A DNA stretch of 64,000 nucleotides from positions 58,218,001 to 58,282,000 of the forward strand of contig OX597818.1 in NCBI GenBank assembly GCA_951406725.2, read 5' to 3'. Numbering within the stretch: position 1 is the first letter of the stretch; the number at the start of each line of letters is the position of its first letter. The position numbers were made by a program, and so were the translations under genes. The notes under the pieces were generated by a model. It made no database searches and was not told the origin of the DNA. It saw only the letters and a list, made by a program, of their open reading frames with translations. This stretch comes from Octopus vulgaris. Lineage: Eukaryota. This document shows positions 12,550-25,886 of the stretch, piece after piece.

Positions 12550-12932
12550 ATACTCTTTTACATGTTTCAGTCATTTGACTGCGGCCATGCTAGAGCACCG
12601 CCTTTAGTCGAGCAAATCCAGCCCGGGACTTATTCTTTGTAAGCCCAGTACTTATTCTATCGGTCTCTTTTGCCGAACCGCTAAGTGATGGGGACGCAAA
12701 CACACCAGCATCGGTTGTCAAGCACGGGGGACAACCCAGACACACACACACATATATGTATACATATATACGACAGGCTTCTTTCAGTTTCCGTCTAACA
12801 AATGCACTCACAAGGCATTGGTTGGCCCGGGGCTATAGCAGAAGACACTTGCCCAAGATGCCACGCAGTGGGACTGAACCCTGAACCATGTGGTTGGTTA
12901 GCAAGCTACTTATCCCACAGCCACTCCTGCGC
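12550..12932 (-). mobile_element. SINE family A
   Basis: Full-length match to other copies. Confidence 0.9.
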
Positions 12933-13709
12933 TTATTATAGTTGAAGAAAATAAAGAAAGAAATAGGAAAATAAAGAAACAAACTGGAGGAAGAGAATAT
13001 AATTTAATTTGAAAGGCTCGAAAGGAACTGAGGCAATTAAATATTGTAAAGAGAGAGGGATTCAAAATTGAATGGAGAGTGAAGGTTTGAAAATTGAAGA
13101 ATATTATTATTGCGTTATAAATTATCGCAAGGTTTCCTGGCATGAAAGGCTAAATTGAAATGATATGATGCTAGGTGTACGTAGTTTGGTCAGAAGAGAG
13201 TATTTCAATGGAAGAGAAGACGGCTTTTTGTGGGAATAGAAGGGCGAAAACGCCAAGTGATTTCGGATGCGGATGAAATTAAGAAAATTTGAAACAGATC
13301 GGAGAGACATCGAATGTACTGCGTGGCTAACACATGGGTGGATAAAAATATGCTGAAACAAAGGGGAAATCAGAATCGATCTGTATTCGGAGAGACTGAA
13401 GTTGAAAAATAACAAATTAGAAGGGACCAGCGTGGGTCTCGTACGCGTGGGTCTCGTACCAACAACTCTTTGTCTTTGCGACACGAGTACTAGCCATTTA
13501 AATCAACGTACAACCTTGCCTCTTTCCCTCAGAGTTAAGAACTATTATTAGTAAGGCAAAACCTCCTTATTTTTTTCCGCGGGATTATATTTCCCATTCT
13601 TCTTTAAACTTATTAGTACTACTATTATACCATAGGTTACTTTATTATTTACAGAATAGTAAAAATCAGTGCTGCTAAACAAAATCCATTACACACACTC
13701 ATATGCATC

Positions 13710-13782
<73 letters not shown>

Positions 13783-13786
<4 letters not shown>

Positions 13787-13987
13787 ATAATAAAATAGGG
13801 TAATAATAAATTATTATTACCAGTGGCCTAGCACAAAAAACGAATTAGTCATTAGACTATATATCATTCATATAGAAATACAGTAAGAGGCTTCCAAATA
13901 GGAAAGCGTGGTGCTAGAAAGAGCAGTAGAAATCTCCAATTCCTACTACTCTTTCTAGCACAACGTATTCCTATTTGGAAGCCTCTT

Positions 13988-13994
<7 letters not shown>
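13783..13994. mobile_element. PLE-terminus-like fold-back element in (TA)n
   Basis: Hairpin 13878-13994 (ATACAGTAAGAGGCTTCCAAATAGGAA...TTCCTATTTGGAAGCCTCTTATTGTAT) plus an unpaired tail on the left. Confidence 0.7.
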
Positions 13995-14058
<64 letters not shown>

Positions 14059-14543
14059 CAAACGAAGTAATTGAAACACTTTATTGTGTCCCAATTATCG
14101 CATAATGCTTACACCTTTCATACTCATAATCTTTTAACGGACGGTCATATATGTAAGAAAAATGTAATTTATACCATTGTTATTTACTAATGTCATTTGG
14201 GAGTCAATGCTAGAATATAACTGCATCTGAATTCGACAGCTTCTATACATATTTGCTTGTTAAGTACAGGAACTATGGCATTTATATTTTATCGGTGAGA
14301 TAAAGAAATGATCAAAAATGGAAGGGTACCAATTGTAACCAGGGTGTTTGAGGAAAATAAATTTAATACCGAACTTCATTGATAAGAAGAAATTCCAAGT
14401 TCACGTTGGTAAATATCTACGAATTTAGCAGTAGATAAAAAAAATGTAGTACGTACTTCAACACATGTACGTGTACACGAACACCCATTCCCGCATATAT
14501 ATTTTACATATTGTCTTATATACTTACATAATTTACATGAACC

Positions 14544-14591
<48 letters not shown>

Positions 14592-14926
14592 TATGTCTAG
14601 TTATGCATACATTCATGTATACAAAGTGTAATGTAAGTACAAATAGGCACCCATGGGTATATACACATGTTCATTATTATTCTTCGACACACACATACGC
14701 ACGCGAGCGCCCGTGCACGCACACACACATATACAGATACATACACATAGTTCTGTTCCACCGTATTCCGGTTTTTTCAACCTCTACCTGTTACATCTAG
14801 ATCTTTCTCACCTTTTACAGTTTTCCCTCTTATCAAACACAAACATAAATGCTAACATTGACGCAGCACACACACGTAGATGCAAACTCATGAAAGTGTG
14901 TGCTTACGTGTGGTTGTGTGTGTGTG

Positions 14927-14968
<42 letters not shown>

Positions 14969-15300
14969 CTTGAATATTATGCAGTTACTTTTACTATTGA
15001 TTGAATTATTTGCACTGCATATATTTTTAAAGTTTGAATATTAGGAAGATGCAATTTTGAAAGAATCATATTGCAATAACCGAACTGCTGTACACTATTC
15101 ATTTTCTCTTTCACGTTTAGATTGAACTGTGTTCCCACCTCACTCATCAGATACATACACAGATATGCACGATAGCCTATAAATACATATAAACGCTTAC
15201 ATGATTGCGTCTATGTCCATACACATAAGCGCAGATATGTATGGTCTCAGGACAAGCGCTTCGAAACTGTTCTTGTCTAAAAGCCAACACTTTGGGAAGT

Positions 15301-15677
15301 ACTCCGTCGGTTACGACGACGAGGGTTCCGGTTGATCCGAATCAACGGAACAGCCTGCTCGTGAAATTAACGTGTAAGGGTCCGAGCACTCCACAGACAC
15401 GTGTACCCTTAACGTAGTTCTCGGGGATATTCAGCGTGACACAGAGAGTGACAAGGCCGGCCCTTTGAAATACAGGTACAACAGAAACAGGAAGTAAGAG
15501 TGAGAGAAAGTTGTGGTGAAAGAGTACAGCAGGGATCACCACCATCCCCTGCCGGAGCCTCGTGGAGCTTTTAGGTGTTTTCGCTCAATAAACACTCACA
15601 ACGCCCGGTCTGGGAATCGAAACCGCGATCCAATGACCGCGAGTCCGCTGCCCTAACCATTGGGTCATTGCGCCTCC
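15301..15677 (-). mobile_element. tRNA-derived SINE family C (OR-like head GGAGGCGCAATGGCCCAGTGGTTAGGGCAGCGGACTCG)
   Basis: A/B-box head; near-TSD AAAAGCCAACACT/AAAAGCCCACACT; sister copy at 40492. Confidence 0.88.
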
Positions 15678-15859
15678 ACAAAAGCCCACACTAAGACGCT
15701 CTAATAGGCAATAAATCCTGTGTAGTAACAATTCAAGGTGAGCTTCTAAATTAAACATAGGCCTTTACCTATCACCATGCCCTAGTGTCTGTTACTAACC
15801 CTTCTGATCATAAGGATGAGAGGCGAATATAATCAACCACAAATGCTTTCGGCTCTCTA

Positions 15860-16365
15860 GAGAAGTGTCCTCATATTTCTGATGTACATGTCCTGCATGG
15901 CTCTGGTTCAGTTAGTGTGGAGGCCCTCATTACCTCATTGCATTTGTGCTGGGCGGGACATCATTGTAAAATGGAAGTCGGCAGTCTCCCAAAGACAGTT
16001 ATCTATGATGAGCTGCCTATTGAGAAGTGGAGTCGTGTTGGCCATAGGATACGATAGAGGGATGTGTTGAAATGTTATATAAAAACTCCAGCATGTCCCC
16101 AGCAACAGGGGAGGATAGGGCTCCGCGGCACGATGAATGAAACCAATCCCTGAAATTCGAAATTACTGCCATTGAGGAGAGACCTGAAAGAGAACACAAA
16201 AGAGCCCACGAGAAGCTCACTACTGTGTTGTGTCAAGTAGCTTCACCTCCATCAGATGACATCACTGTTGCAATTCAAGAAGAGGCATTGTAGCCGTCAG
16301 CCGAGGCAGAAATGATTTCTGGACAGGAACAGTCAACGTTTACCTATGACTGTCAGCGAAAGAAT
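15860..16365 (+). pseudogene. Degenerate RTE (BovB-like) LINE 3' fragment
   Basis: SVEALITSLHLCWAGHHCKMEVGSLPKTVIYDELPIEKWSRVGHRIR*RDVLK resembles LRWAGHVVRM..RLPK.VLYGEL..GKR..G...RYKD.LK. Confidence 0.7.
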
Positions 16366-17053
16366 GTATATATATGTATATATATGTATATATATATACG
16401 TATGTTTGTATGTATATGTGTGTATTTATATGTGTGTATGTATATGTGTGTATATATATGTGTGTATGTATATGTGTGTATGTATATGTGTGTATGTATA
16501 TGTGTATATGTATATATATGTGTATGTATGTGTGTATGTATGTGTGTGTATGTATGTGTGTGAATGTGTGTGTATGTATGTGTGTATGTATATGTATGTA
16601 TGTATATGTGTGTATGTATATGTGTGTGTATGTATATGTGTGTGTATGTATATATGTGTGTGTGTGTATATGTGTGTGTATATGTGTGCGTGTGTGTGTG
16701 TGTATAGAAGATTTAGTATTTGATTGTTTTAACTTAATGAGTCGTAGGAGAATAAAGGTAAGATGGCGGCTTCTATATCTTGGGTTGCTATCTGTTTCTA
16801 TTGACCAACATTGTTATGGCTATAGCTTATATGGACAACGGCGATTAAACAGAATGCCCCTTTGGTAGGGATAACCAGGTCTAGAGTTCTATATGTGCAT
16901 TATCAACTACCAGAGACTTCAAGAACATTTATTGTCCCGTCCATGTTGGTCAAAATTGCATCAATAATTGTGTTGTTATCGGAAGTTAGTTATCCCTCAG
17001 TTGGTCCAGATAATGAATACCAGCATCATACCAGGTGTACTGTAAGTACAATG

Positions 17054-17314
17054 TAAAATAAATAAATGCGCCCTTTTAAAGCCTAGTTAGGCTCATGGGC
17101 CCTTTTTCCCGGTTTCTTTGGCGTATATGTTCCCCAGCTGGACGGGACGCCAGTCCATCGCAGCGTTACTCCTTTTTGCTAGCTGAGTGAACTGGAGCAA
17201 CGTGAAATGAAGTGTTTTGCTAAAAAACACAATGCATCTCCCGGTCCAGGAATCGAAACCACAATCTTACGATCATGATGCCGACACCCTAACCACTAAG
17301 CCACGCGCCTCCAC
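17054..17314 (-). mobile_element. tRNA-derived SINE family D with 12-bp TSD
   Basis: Head GGAGGCGCGTGGCTTAGTGGTTAGGG...GGTTTCGATTCC; body GCTGCGATGGACTGGCGTCCCGTCCAG (MetaSINE-like from memory); TSD GTAAGTACAATG at 17042 and 17315. Confidence 0.85.
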
Positions 17315-19253
17315 GTAAGTACAATGCATATTAACTAAAATATACCCTGTTAGCAAAAATGGAAATTGAACGCGTTAGATAGGAACATATTCGTGTGAGT
17401 ATTGTTATAGGAATTGCTCTCGGAATTGTATCTATATTTATCACATCCCTTTGTATATTAATTGCCTGTCGGTTTATATGTGAATTTAAAAGCATATTGT
17501 AAGAGAAATTATGAAAATTTATGTATTTCAAAACGAATATTGTTTATGAACCATAATTTGTCAGAGATTTCCATAGGCAAATAATATGAAACTTATAATT
17601 ATGTTATCTCAAACTGATGCAACATAAATCTTAAACATAATTAAAACATAATTAAACCCCTTGTGATTGTTTCGCTATAAACTTGAGAAGTATTAAATAT
17701 CCAATGTTAATAAAATGCAAATATTTTAGAGATATATAGAATAAGATAAAATTATGTTGGAGTTAATTGTTCCTTACACTCCGTCCTTTAGAATATCCTG
17801 TGCAATAAATTTTTAAAAACATTAGAAATTTAAATATGACTGAATAACGATTTAAACGTTGTAATTTTGGTATAAAGTTTTTTTCACGAACAATAAGGAA
17901 TATTTTTTTTAAAACATCAGAAAAAAAAAGGAAGTAAGAGACGTATGTTTAAGCAATTTCGAATTTTAGTGGGCAAACGATTTTGTTGTACGTTTCCTTT
18001 ATTGTTAATTTATATTCTAATTATAAGAAAATGCAAATTTTTTTCTCAATTTAATGCTTCTAAAATTTCTCATTATCTCATCTATCAAAACTCTTGTGGC
18101 CATCGCGAGCAATTATAATTTGATTGGAGTGATTAATTTCATGCGATGAATATTAATAGACGACTGCGTCGAAAAGAGTTGATCAGGAAAATGTAGTCAT
18201 TTAATCTTTAGTATGGAAATACTTAACTACAGGTCCCTTCAACATCACCATATTTCTCTTTACTTTTGTTCATAGCTAGTTTCCTCAAACATTTAGATAT
18301 GTTACTATGCAAGACATTCATTGAAGAACACAGTGATTGCTAGTCATTTGATCCTCTCAACCGAGCATTGACTACGGGGGTGGCAGATGTGCTGGTGTAT
18401 AGATTTCAAGTCTAGTTGTTAACCTTGACCTTGGATTCTCTGTTTGTTAGTTTTGGATTTTACAGAATCGGAAAGAAATGTACACAAACGCTCTGGAAAT
18501 AAGATCCATTACCTCTATCATTCTGTTACGTTCTTATTTACAAAAATATCTACCTGTTTATTTGTTTTTTATTATATATAATATGAGCGAATGTGCGTTT
18601 TTTTTTTTTTTACGCAGCTGAAAATGTAAAATCGTTTCCTTAAGTAAAACTTGCCTAAAGGGAAATAGATTGTGTACGCCGCAATGTTAAAATCAATTAC
18701 AGCGTTACCATGTCATAACATACTTAAGCTTATGTTATACATTACAAAATAAGATTATAAGCAAAAAATATGTTTTGAAACGTCTATGTTATAACGTTAC
18801 AAAAAAGTCGGAAAAGAGTGAATTTCTGGATTGGATAACAGCCACAGGACCAAGGCTGTATTTTCCTCCCTGCGAAATACACCCAAAAAGCAAAGAAGTT
18901 GTACCTTATATATCTGTGTAGTGGAAGACAGGGATGGAAGAAATTGTAGTCAAATAATAGATGATATACTACATCATTTGTTGATAAATCTATACATAAT
19001 CCAATATTGCTAGTCTACGGGAACTAAGCACCACCAGAGTCACCACAGAGAAATTCCTGTGAGAAATTTACAAGACCTGGCTTAGGGTCGAAACCCTATA
19101 CATCGATCCAAAAGTCGTTGTAGCTTACATGAAAATAAGCTCAATATTCGTAGTCAATACTGGAAGGAGGAAAAATGTGGAGGAGGCTCCAGAAGTATAT
19201 CTGCCACTGGCTCAAGTAATATAAAATATAATGTATATATCTAATGTTCAATG

Positions 19254-19552
19254 CCGATGCACATGGCCTAGTGGTTAGAGCAGCGGACTCGCGGACGAGG
19301 GTTCGAATCTCAGACTGGGTGATGTGTGTGTTTATGAGCGAAACACCTTGGCTCTACGTGGCTCAGGCAGAAGGTAATGACGAACTTTTGCTGACTCTTT
19401 CGCCATAAGTTTCTCTCACTCTTTCCTCCTGCATCTTGCAGCTCACCTGCGACGGACCGGCGTCCCGTCCACGTGGGGAACCTATATGTCAAGGAAACCG
19501 GGAAAATCGGTCCTTATGAGCCAGGCGTGGATCGAAAAGGAACAAACAACAA
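19254..19552 (+). mobile_element. tRNA-derived SINE (family C head, family D tail) with 11-bp TSD
   Basis: TGGCCTAGTGGTTAGAGCAGCGGACTCG...GGTTCGAATC; TSD AATGTTCAATG at 19243 and 19553. Confidence 0.85.
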
Positions 19553-20113
19553 AATGTTCAATGTTCCGTCAGAATCTGTGAATGTTGCTTTTGTAGATAT
19601 ATAAGAAGTGGCCACTGAGAAAAGTAGGAAACAGCGAATGAGGAACAACACTCTTACTCTTTTCATTGGGAGTGAATCAAGTACAAGCATATATTAGCAG
19701 GGATAAAAAGAGAGACACACATTGCATGACTTATCTGTTTGCTGTCGATAGATAATATTCTTTGCTCAGTCGTCATGGAGAATACTCGTTTGCGGTGAAA
19801 ACTTAGGAAGCGCGAAAGACGAGAGCCTCACATGATAGCATAGGTGGTAGAGAGATCCGATCCACTAGTTAAGGGGCAAAGGGGAATAGTTAATCTATAA
19901 GCAAGAGGAAAAATTGGGCAGAGAATTCGCCTCCTCTGAGGAAGTAGGTTGTTATGGATCAGGTCCCAAAACCCATCGTCTCATCATACGAGCACATCTT
20001 ATTCAATGATTCAGAAAACCAGTTCCAAAGATAGAGTTGAATCATCTTCAACGTTGTATCGTTGACCCGTGTAAAGTGAAGCCGTGAAAGACACCAGCAT
20101 TTTGTTTTTAAAT

Positions 20114-20545
20114 TCAGGAGAGATATGCAGTGACATACATCTGGAAACTCCTGGAGGGTCTTATCCTGAATTTTGGCATTCAAAATTACCCCAACAGCAG
20201 AACGGGACGCCACTGCATGGTGCCAAATATCCCAACACCACCATCAAAATACAGGACCAAATAGTGCAACAGCTTGGATTTTAGGGGACCATAGCTCTTC
20301 AATATCCTTCCTAAATGCCTGAGGGACCTGCAAAGTGTGGATGTGAGTCTCTTTAAAGCTAAACTGGATCGCTTCTTGTCAGGGGTTCCAGATGAACCTA
20401 CCTCTCAGCGGGAAATACAGATGCGGGCAGCGGCGTCGAAAACCCTTGTTGATCAAGTGCCACGTATCAGAGGTGGTTTCACGTACTAGTGTAGATCATT
20501 CAACTGTGATGCCCCAGCATGACCACAGCCTTCGGTTTGAAACAT
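20114..20545 (+). pseudogene. CR1-group LINE 3' fragment
   Basis: ERYAVTYIWKLLEGL...RTGRHC...FRGP*LFNILPKCLRDL...FKAKLDRFLSGVPDEP; 3' end GCCCCAGCATGACCACAGCCTTCGGTTTGAAAC. Confidence 0.8.
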
Positions 20546-20866
20546 TTTTAAGGATTTAGCACATATTTCACTGTATTTTTGAAACATGTTCTCTGGGAAT
20601 AATGGAGAAGAGCAATCAATAATAAAATAGGTTGCTAACTTTACATGGAGTCAGTCGCTTTCAATTGACAGGTTAGATGCACTGCAAAAATTGCTGACGA
20701 TATTGAGAAAGCAGTTGTGTTTGCGAAAATTAACAACTTACTGAACTGCATCTGCCGAAAATTTAACGTAAAGAGAAATAAAAAGTGGGGTATTTTTGAA
20801 ATATTTTTTTCTTCTTTTCTGCAGGATCATTAGGCATTTATTTTTGACATATTAACGTGCGGGACA

Positions 20867-20963
<97 letters not shown>

Positions 20964-21344
20964 ATATATACATACATACATACATACATATATATCTATG
21001 TATATATACATAGCCGAAAACACATTCACTCAAACATATGTGAGTGTTTTTATATATATATATATATATATTATATGTGCATAAATTAGAGACACAGTGA
21101 AACAGAATGATCGAGAATCGAGAGCTAATTTTGATGTTCAAAGAAGTGAATCAATAATTAATGAGAAGGGAAAGATGTAGCGTATAACAATCGATGAGAT
21201 TTTAAAATTTCCTTTCAAGAGAGGTAGAACAGTGAGAATAACCTAAAAGTATTTGATTCCAATGGTTATTGAATCATTCATATATTCATAAGAATCACGT
21301 GAAGTAAATATACATCTCTCCCTCTATCTCTATCAACTTCCATA

Positions 21345-21360
21345 TCTATCTATCCATCCG

Positions 21361-21429
<69 letters not shown>

Positions 21430-21440
21430 TTATATATTTA

Positions 21441-21480
<40 letters not shown>

Positions 21481-21502
21481 CATTTATTTATTTATATATG
21501 TA

Positions 21503-21557
<55 letters not shown>

Positions 21558-21560
21558 ACA
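21345..21560. repeat. (TCTA)n / (GATA)n tetranucleotide microsatellite
   Basis: Direct reading. Confidence 0.95.
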
Positions 21561-21590
21561 TACATACATACATACATATATGTCTATATA

Positions 21591-21621
<31 letters not shown>

Positions 21622-21785
21622 TTATATCCTGTCTCGTTTCTATTCCTTTTTGTACTGTATTTCTTGTAATTGTATTTTTATTTTGTATTTGTTTTTAATT
21701 GTATTGTTTTTACGTCCTGTTTTTGTCACATCTTTTTTCCTTGTTGTTACCCCTCTGCAAAGGAATTTTATTTAATTCTTTCGCA

Positions 21786-21878
21786 GAAAGGACTAGTTTG
21801 ACGAGACATGTTCTGTCCTCACCTTCGAAACACGCTGGAGTTGAACTAGGGACGGCTGATGAAGGGGATTTTTCCTTC
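21786..21878 (+). ncRNA. Candidate hammerhead with reordered (pseudoknotted) strands, family P1
   Basis: ctagtttgac gaga catg TT ctgtcc tca ccttc GAAA cacg ctgga gttgaactag ggacgg CTGATGA agggg. Confidence 0.5.
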
Positions 21879-22162
21879 TGTAGTTGTCTTGTACTCTGTT
21901 TTTCGTTGTTAAAGGAATGGTCCGCTCCATGCTGTTTTTACGTTTTCGTTTCTCGTTGAGTTCTACGTCTATTTGTGGTGTCCTGTACTCACGTATATAT
22001 ATTTATAAATGCATGTATATATACATGTAGATGTAGGTACGTACATATATGTTTGTATGTATGCATATATTTTATTTATTACACTATTGTATGACTGAGT
22101 GCCTTCGCGTCGATTCGATTCAATTCGTTTGGTTTGTTTCGTTTCTTCTTCTTCTCTAAGCT

Positions 22163-22198
<36 letters not shown>

Positions 22199-22330
22199 TA
22201 TATATATATGCATTTATATACATATGTATGTGTGTGTATATATATATATACATACATATATACATATGTATATATATACACGTATGTATATACATATATA
22301 TGTACACATACATATACACACACACACACA

Positions 22331-22377
<47 letters not shown>

Positions 22378-22378
<1 letters not shown>

Positions 22379-22520
22379 GTGTTTTGGGACGCTCAGGATA
22401 GGAAAGAAAAGAGGATGTAACGTTTCGAGCGGAGCTCTTCGTCAGAAACATAGGAGAATGAAAGATCCAAGGAAGGGAAGACGGAGGAACAAAATCGCCA
22501 ACGGTACACACGCGTTCACG
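22378..22520 (-). mobile_element. Short HHR-bearing PLE-terminus element; minimal type I HHR at 22415-22452
   Basis: Minus: tgttt CTGACGA a gagc tcc gctc GAAA cg TT acat; homologues at 52961-53165, 6715-6806 and 63950-64000. Confidence 0.75.
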
Positions 22521-22521
22521 G

Positions 22522-22552
<31 letters not shown>

Positions 22553-22998
22553 CAGAGAGACAGAGGCAGAGAGAAAGAGAGACACACACACAAAGAAATA
22601 GAAAGACAGAAAATAATTACTTGGACTTTCAGCACACTGTTAGTAGTATACCGACTGAAGCACTTTCACTTTTCAAGATATCTGATACCTTCCATTGTTT
22701 TGATGTGTCACTGAAAATGCTCAAATTTGTGATTATCGTTGAAAAATGAATTCTAGCTATTAAATCTACAAACTAATGAATTTGTTCTTAAATTGATCAC
22801 CACGTCAGACATTTGTGAAGAGAAACAGGTTGTGAAAGAGAGGAATCCTGCTAACGAATGAGATTATTAATACTTAACTCGATAAAGTGCAGCGACGTTT
22901 ATATTAATTCTTATCTTACTGGCAACATGCAGAGAGGAAGGAAATTATAGAATGATATTTCATTTTCCTTAATAAACACAGACAGACACAAACGCAGC

Positions 22999-23063
<65 letters not shown>

Positions 23064-23681
23064 GCGCTGTTCGCTTGGTAAACGACATTAAGCGAAAGTA
23101 TGCTGAATAACATATCCGTTAGCGTTTGTATTCATATGAGAATGCATTGTACGGATTTATGTATACAGGTAAGTGTGTGAGTGTGTGTGTGTGTATACTA
23201 TAATGTGTGTGCATCTGTATAGATGTAGAAGTGTATTTGACACATTGAATTAATCAAGTAAAATTCGAAATGAAAAAGAGGTATAAACTCAACCGCATAA
23301 TTTCTATGGAATTATCTCTGTGACATGATTTTGACAGTTTTCTTTCAATAAACACACGGTGGCTTCTGTTTCTTTCTCTTCCATAGTTTTCTTCCATGTT
23401 TATTTGATCAGTTGTAAAATATGTTCCTAGATAAACTACGTTCGCGTATGATTTACGATGCAACGCGTTTTCCTCTACCTCGGGCAAGGAAGTGAAAGTG
23501 CAAGAAAGCCTTCTACACATAAGATTATTTGAATGCCAATGCAACTGAGAAAGTGTGTGTACATGTGTACTTCAATATATATATATATATATAACGGGAA
23601 AGTTTACGAAAATAAAAAGACGAAGGCAGGTGGAGTACAAACAAGCAAATGTATTTGTATAGCGCTCAAAAATAGAAAAAG

Positions 23682-23719
23682 TCTTTTACGTTTCAAGCCT
23701 ACGCTCTTCGACAGAAAGA
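23682..23719 (-). ncRNA. Minimal hammerhead-like motif (CTGTCGA core variant)
   Basis: Minus: tcttt CTGTCGA a gagc gtag gctt GAAA cg TA aaaga; decayed sister copy at 46625-46662 (+). Confidence 0.6.
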
Positions 23720-24298
23720 TACACAGAAAAAAATAAGGAGAGAAAAAAATGCGTGTTGGAGCTAACGATCTATCATGGCGTCCTGACTTAGGACAGTGGT
23801 CAGACGCGAGAAGGACAGTAGGGGAGATAACAGGGTCAAGTGACTTCCAAAACGAAGGTGCCCCCAACACAAAGGTGTGTGTGTGTATAAGAGAGTATGT
23901 ATGTGCGTGTGAAAGAGGGCTGGTGGTTTGGACGTGTGTGTGTATGTATGTGTGTGTGTGGAGATGTGGGGATGGGTGTGTGGGTGGTGTGCTGTGGGTG
24001 GTGTGTTGTAATGTGATGTGTAGTGCTGTATGGTGTAGTGTAGTGTGGTGTGATGTTGTGGCGAGGTGGGGAGGCGAGAGTGGGGAAAGCACAGAAACTG
24101 AAGTCTTATGGATGCCATATTTGAAGCCAATGGCGATTGTATTGAATGAATTTCCTCTTTAGTATTTCAAGATATTCTTCGGCTAAGTTTGATAAATATA
24201 TCTGTAAAAATGAGATGTCAGTGTTATTTTTATTTTTGCGTAATTTAGACAATTTATTCACTATATTCTCTCTTCTCTCTCTCTCTTTCTCTCTCTGT

Positions 24299-24365
<67 letters not shown>

Positions 24366-25350
24366 GGTTGTGGACTAAGAGTTGATAGGAATGATATTGT
24401 TGAGAATCTATTTATTCCAGCATTGACAATTTTAAAGACTAATTAGTGTATAAGAGATACAAGATTACAGACATCAGGCAAAAGCGTAGCTCACCACTAT
24501 CGAATAGCTGTGGTTGTAAAAAATCTAGTCAAAATATAACATCAAATATGTGAATTGATTTATTTCATGTAAAATAGGCATATTTTATCAAGTAAACATA
24601 TCAGCTTTCTGTTTTCGCTGTAAATTGTACAAAATTAATTAAAAGATGTTATAAAACCAGATAGGCAGTAGTGCATGCGACAGTAAACAGGTAGTATGAT
24701 AGGCGGTTCTGTGCGTTAATGAAAAAAAAAAAAGAATACATTTTAGACTAAAGCCTGCAATTAATGTGTGGAGTAGAAGGGTAATATATGGACAATCAAG
24801 AAAGAAAGAGGTATAAACGTATTTCCAACTGAATATTTTATATCAATGGAAGTCTCACTGAAATAACAGATGTGGAAGATATAAAGTGATTATAAAAATC
24901 AGAAAAAAAGGCCCAATCAGTTACTGATTTACATGAAAATCAGTTAGACTGCATAGATGCAACAACAAAACAGCCTTAGTACTCTATAGATTACATGGCC
25001 GAATAACATTAAGATGAAGAGATAAAGTAAATACTGGTGTGACTCAAAGTGTATGCTAACACTGGCTGACATACATATAGTCAGTTTATTTCTATAATAA
25101 TGTTCGGCATTGTAGCAAGCTTTCAGATATTTTGCGTCGCAAACTAAATTCATTTATTAAGTTAAACTGTGGAGTAAATTAAATACAATCGAATAATAAA
25201 ATAATTTCACAGTGAAATAAGAAAAAAAGACTAACGATTCAAGCAATAATAACATTTAAAAAAGTAGTATAGTTATTCTCGTCAATTAAAATAGGGAAAT
25301 CAAGATCACAGAAGAAGAATGAGAGAGTAAACAGCTAATGCGAGAAAATA

Positions 25351-25886
25351 TTGGGGTGTCCGGAATGTTCGTGCCGATTTATAGTAGCTTACCTTTCGAC
25401 TTATTTTAAAACGCGGTTGAGTCCATAAAATAGGACTTGACTACACCTCCAGCTAGAGCACAGTTTAAGCTATCTTTTCGTGGAGGAAGGTTTATGTTCC
25501 TATAACCTGCGTTAATTCTGTAACCCTTTAAAATGGAAGATAAGAATGTTCATTTTCGGCACTTGATGTTTGGGAACCAGACAAAAATTGCTGCAGCTTG
25601 TCTGGGATGTGTTACCCCACCCTCCATATTCACCAGATATTGCACCTTCGGATTTCTACTTATTCAGGTCTCAGCAGAATAGTCTTCATGGTAAAAATTT
25701 CAATTCCTTGGATGATACCTTGATGAATTCTTTGCCATGAAACCGGTATTTTCAAGTTAAAGGAAAAATGGAGACGCATTGTGCAACAAAATGGTTCATA
25801 GTTGGCTGATTAAAAATGTAATGGCAAGTATTTATTGGCCTATTTCTTTCCTTTAAAAATTGGCACGAACTTTCCGGACAACCCAA
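25351..25886 (+). mobile_element. Internally deleted mariner element
   Basis: About 30-bp TIRs TTGGGGTGTCCGGAATGTTCGTGCCGATTT / AAATTGGCACGAACTTTCCGGACAACCCAA, TA before the left TIR; remnant TRQKLLQLVWDVLPHPPYSPDIAPSDFYLFRS. Confidence 0.92.

Noticed and set aside
11970-13420. Purine-rich, possibly decayed coding stretch interrupted by a SINE
   Set aside because: No reading frame or motif I can identify.
15590-15677. tRNA-like sequences at SINE heads
   Set aside because: Continue into SINE bodies with TSDs and lack a complete cloverleaf; not tRNA genes.
19505-19545. CCTTATGAGCCA...TGGATCGAAA in a SINE tail resembling a hammerhead
   Set aside because: Core G5 missing, no stem III/UH, and sister tails at 17054 and 43250 do not keep GAAA.
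23254-23544. ORF with VVYLGTYFTTD resembling a LINE RT segment
   Set aside because: Similarity too short to support a call.
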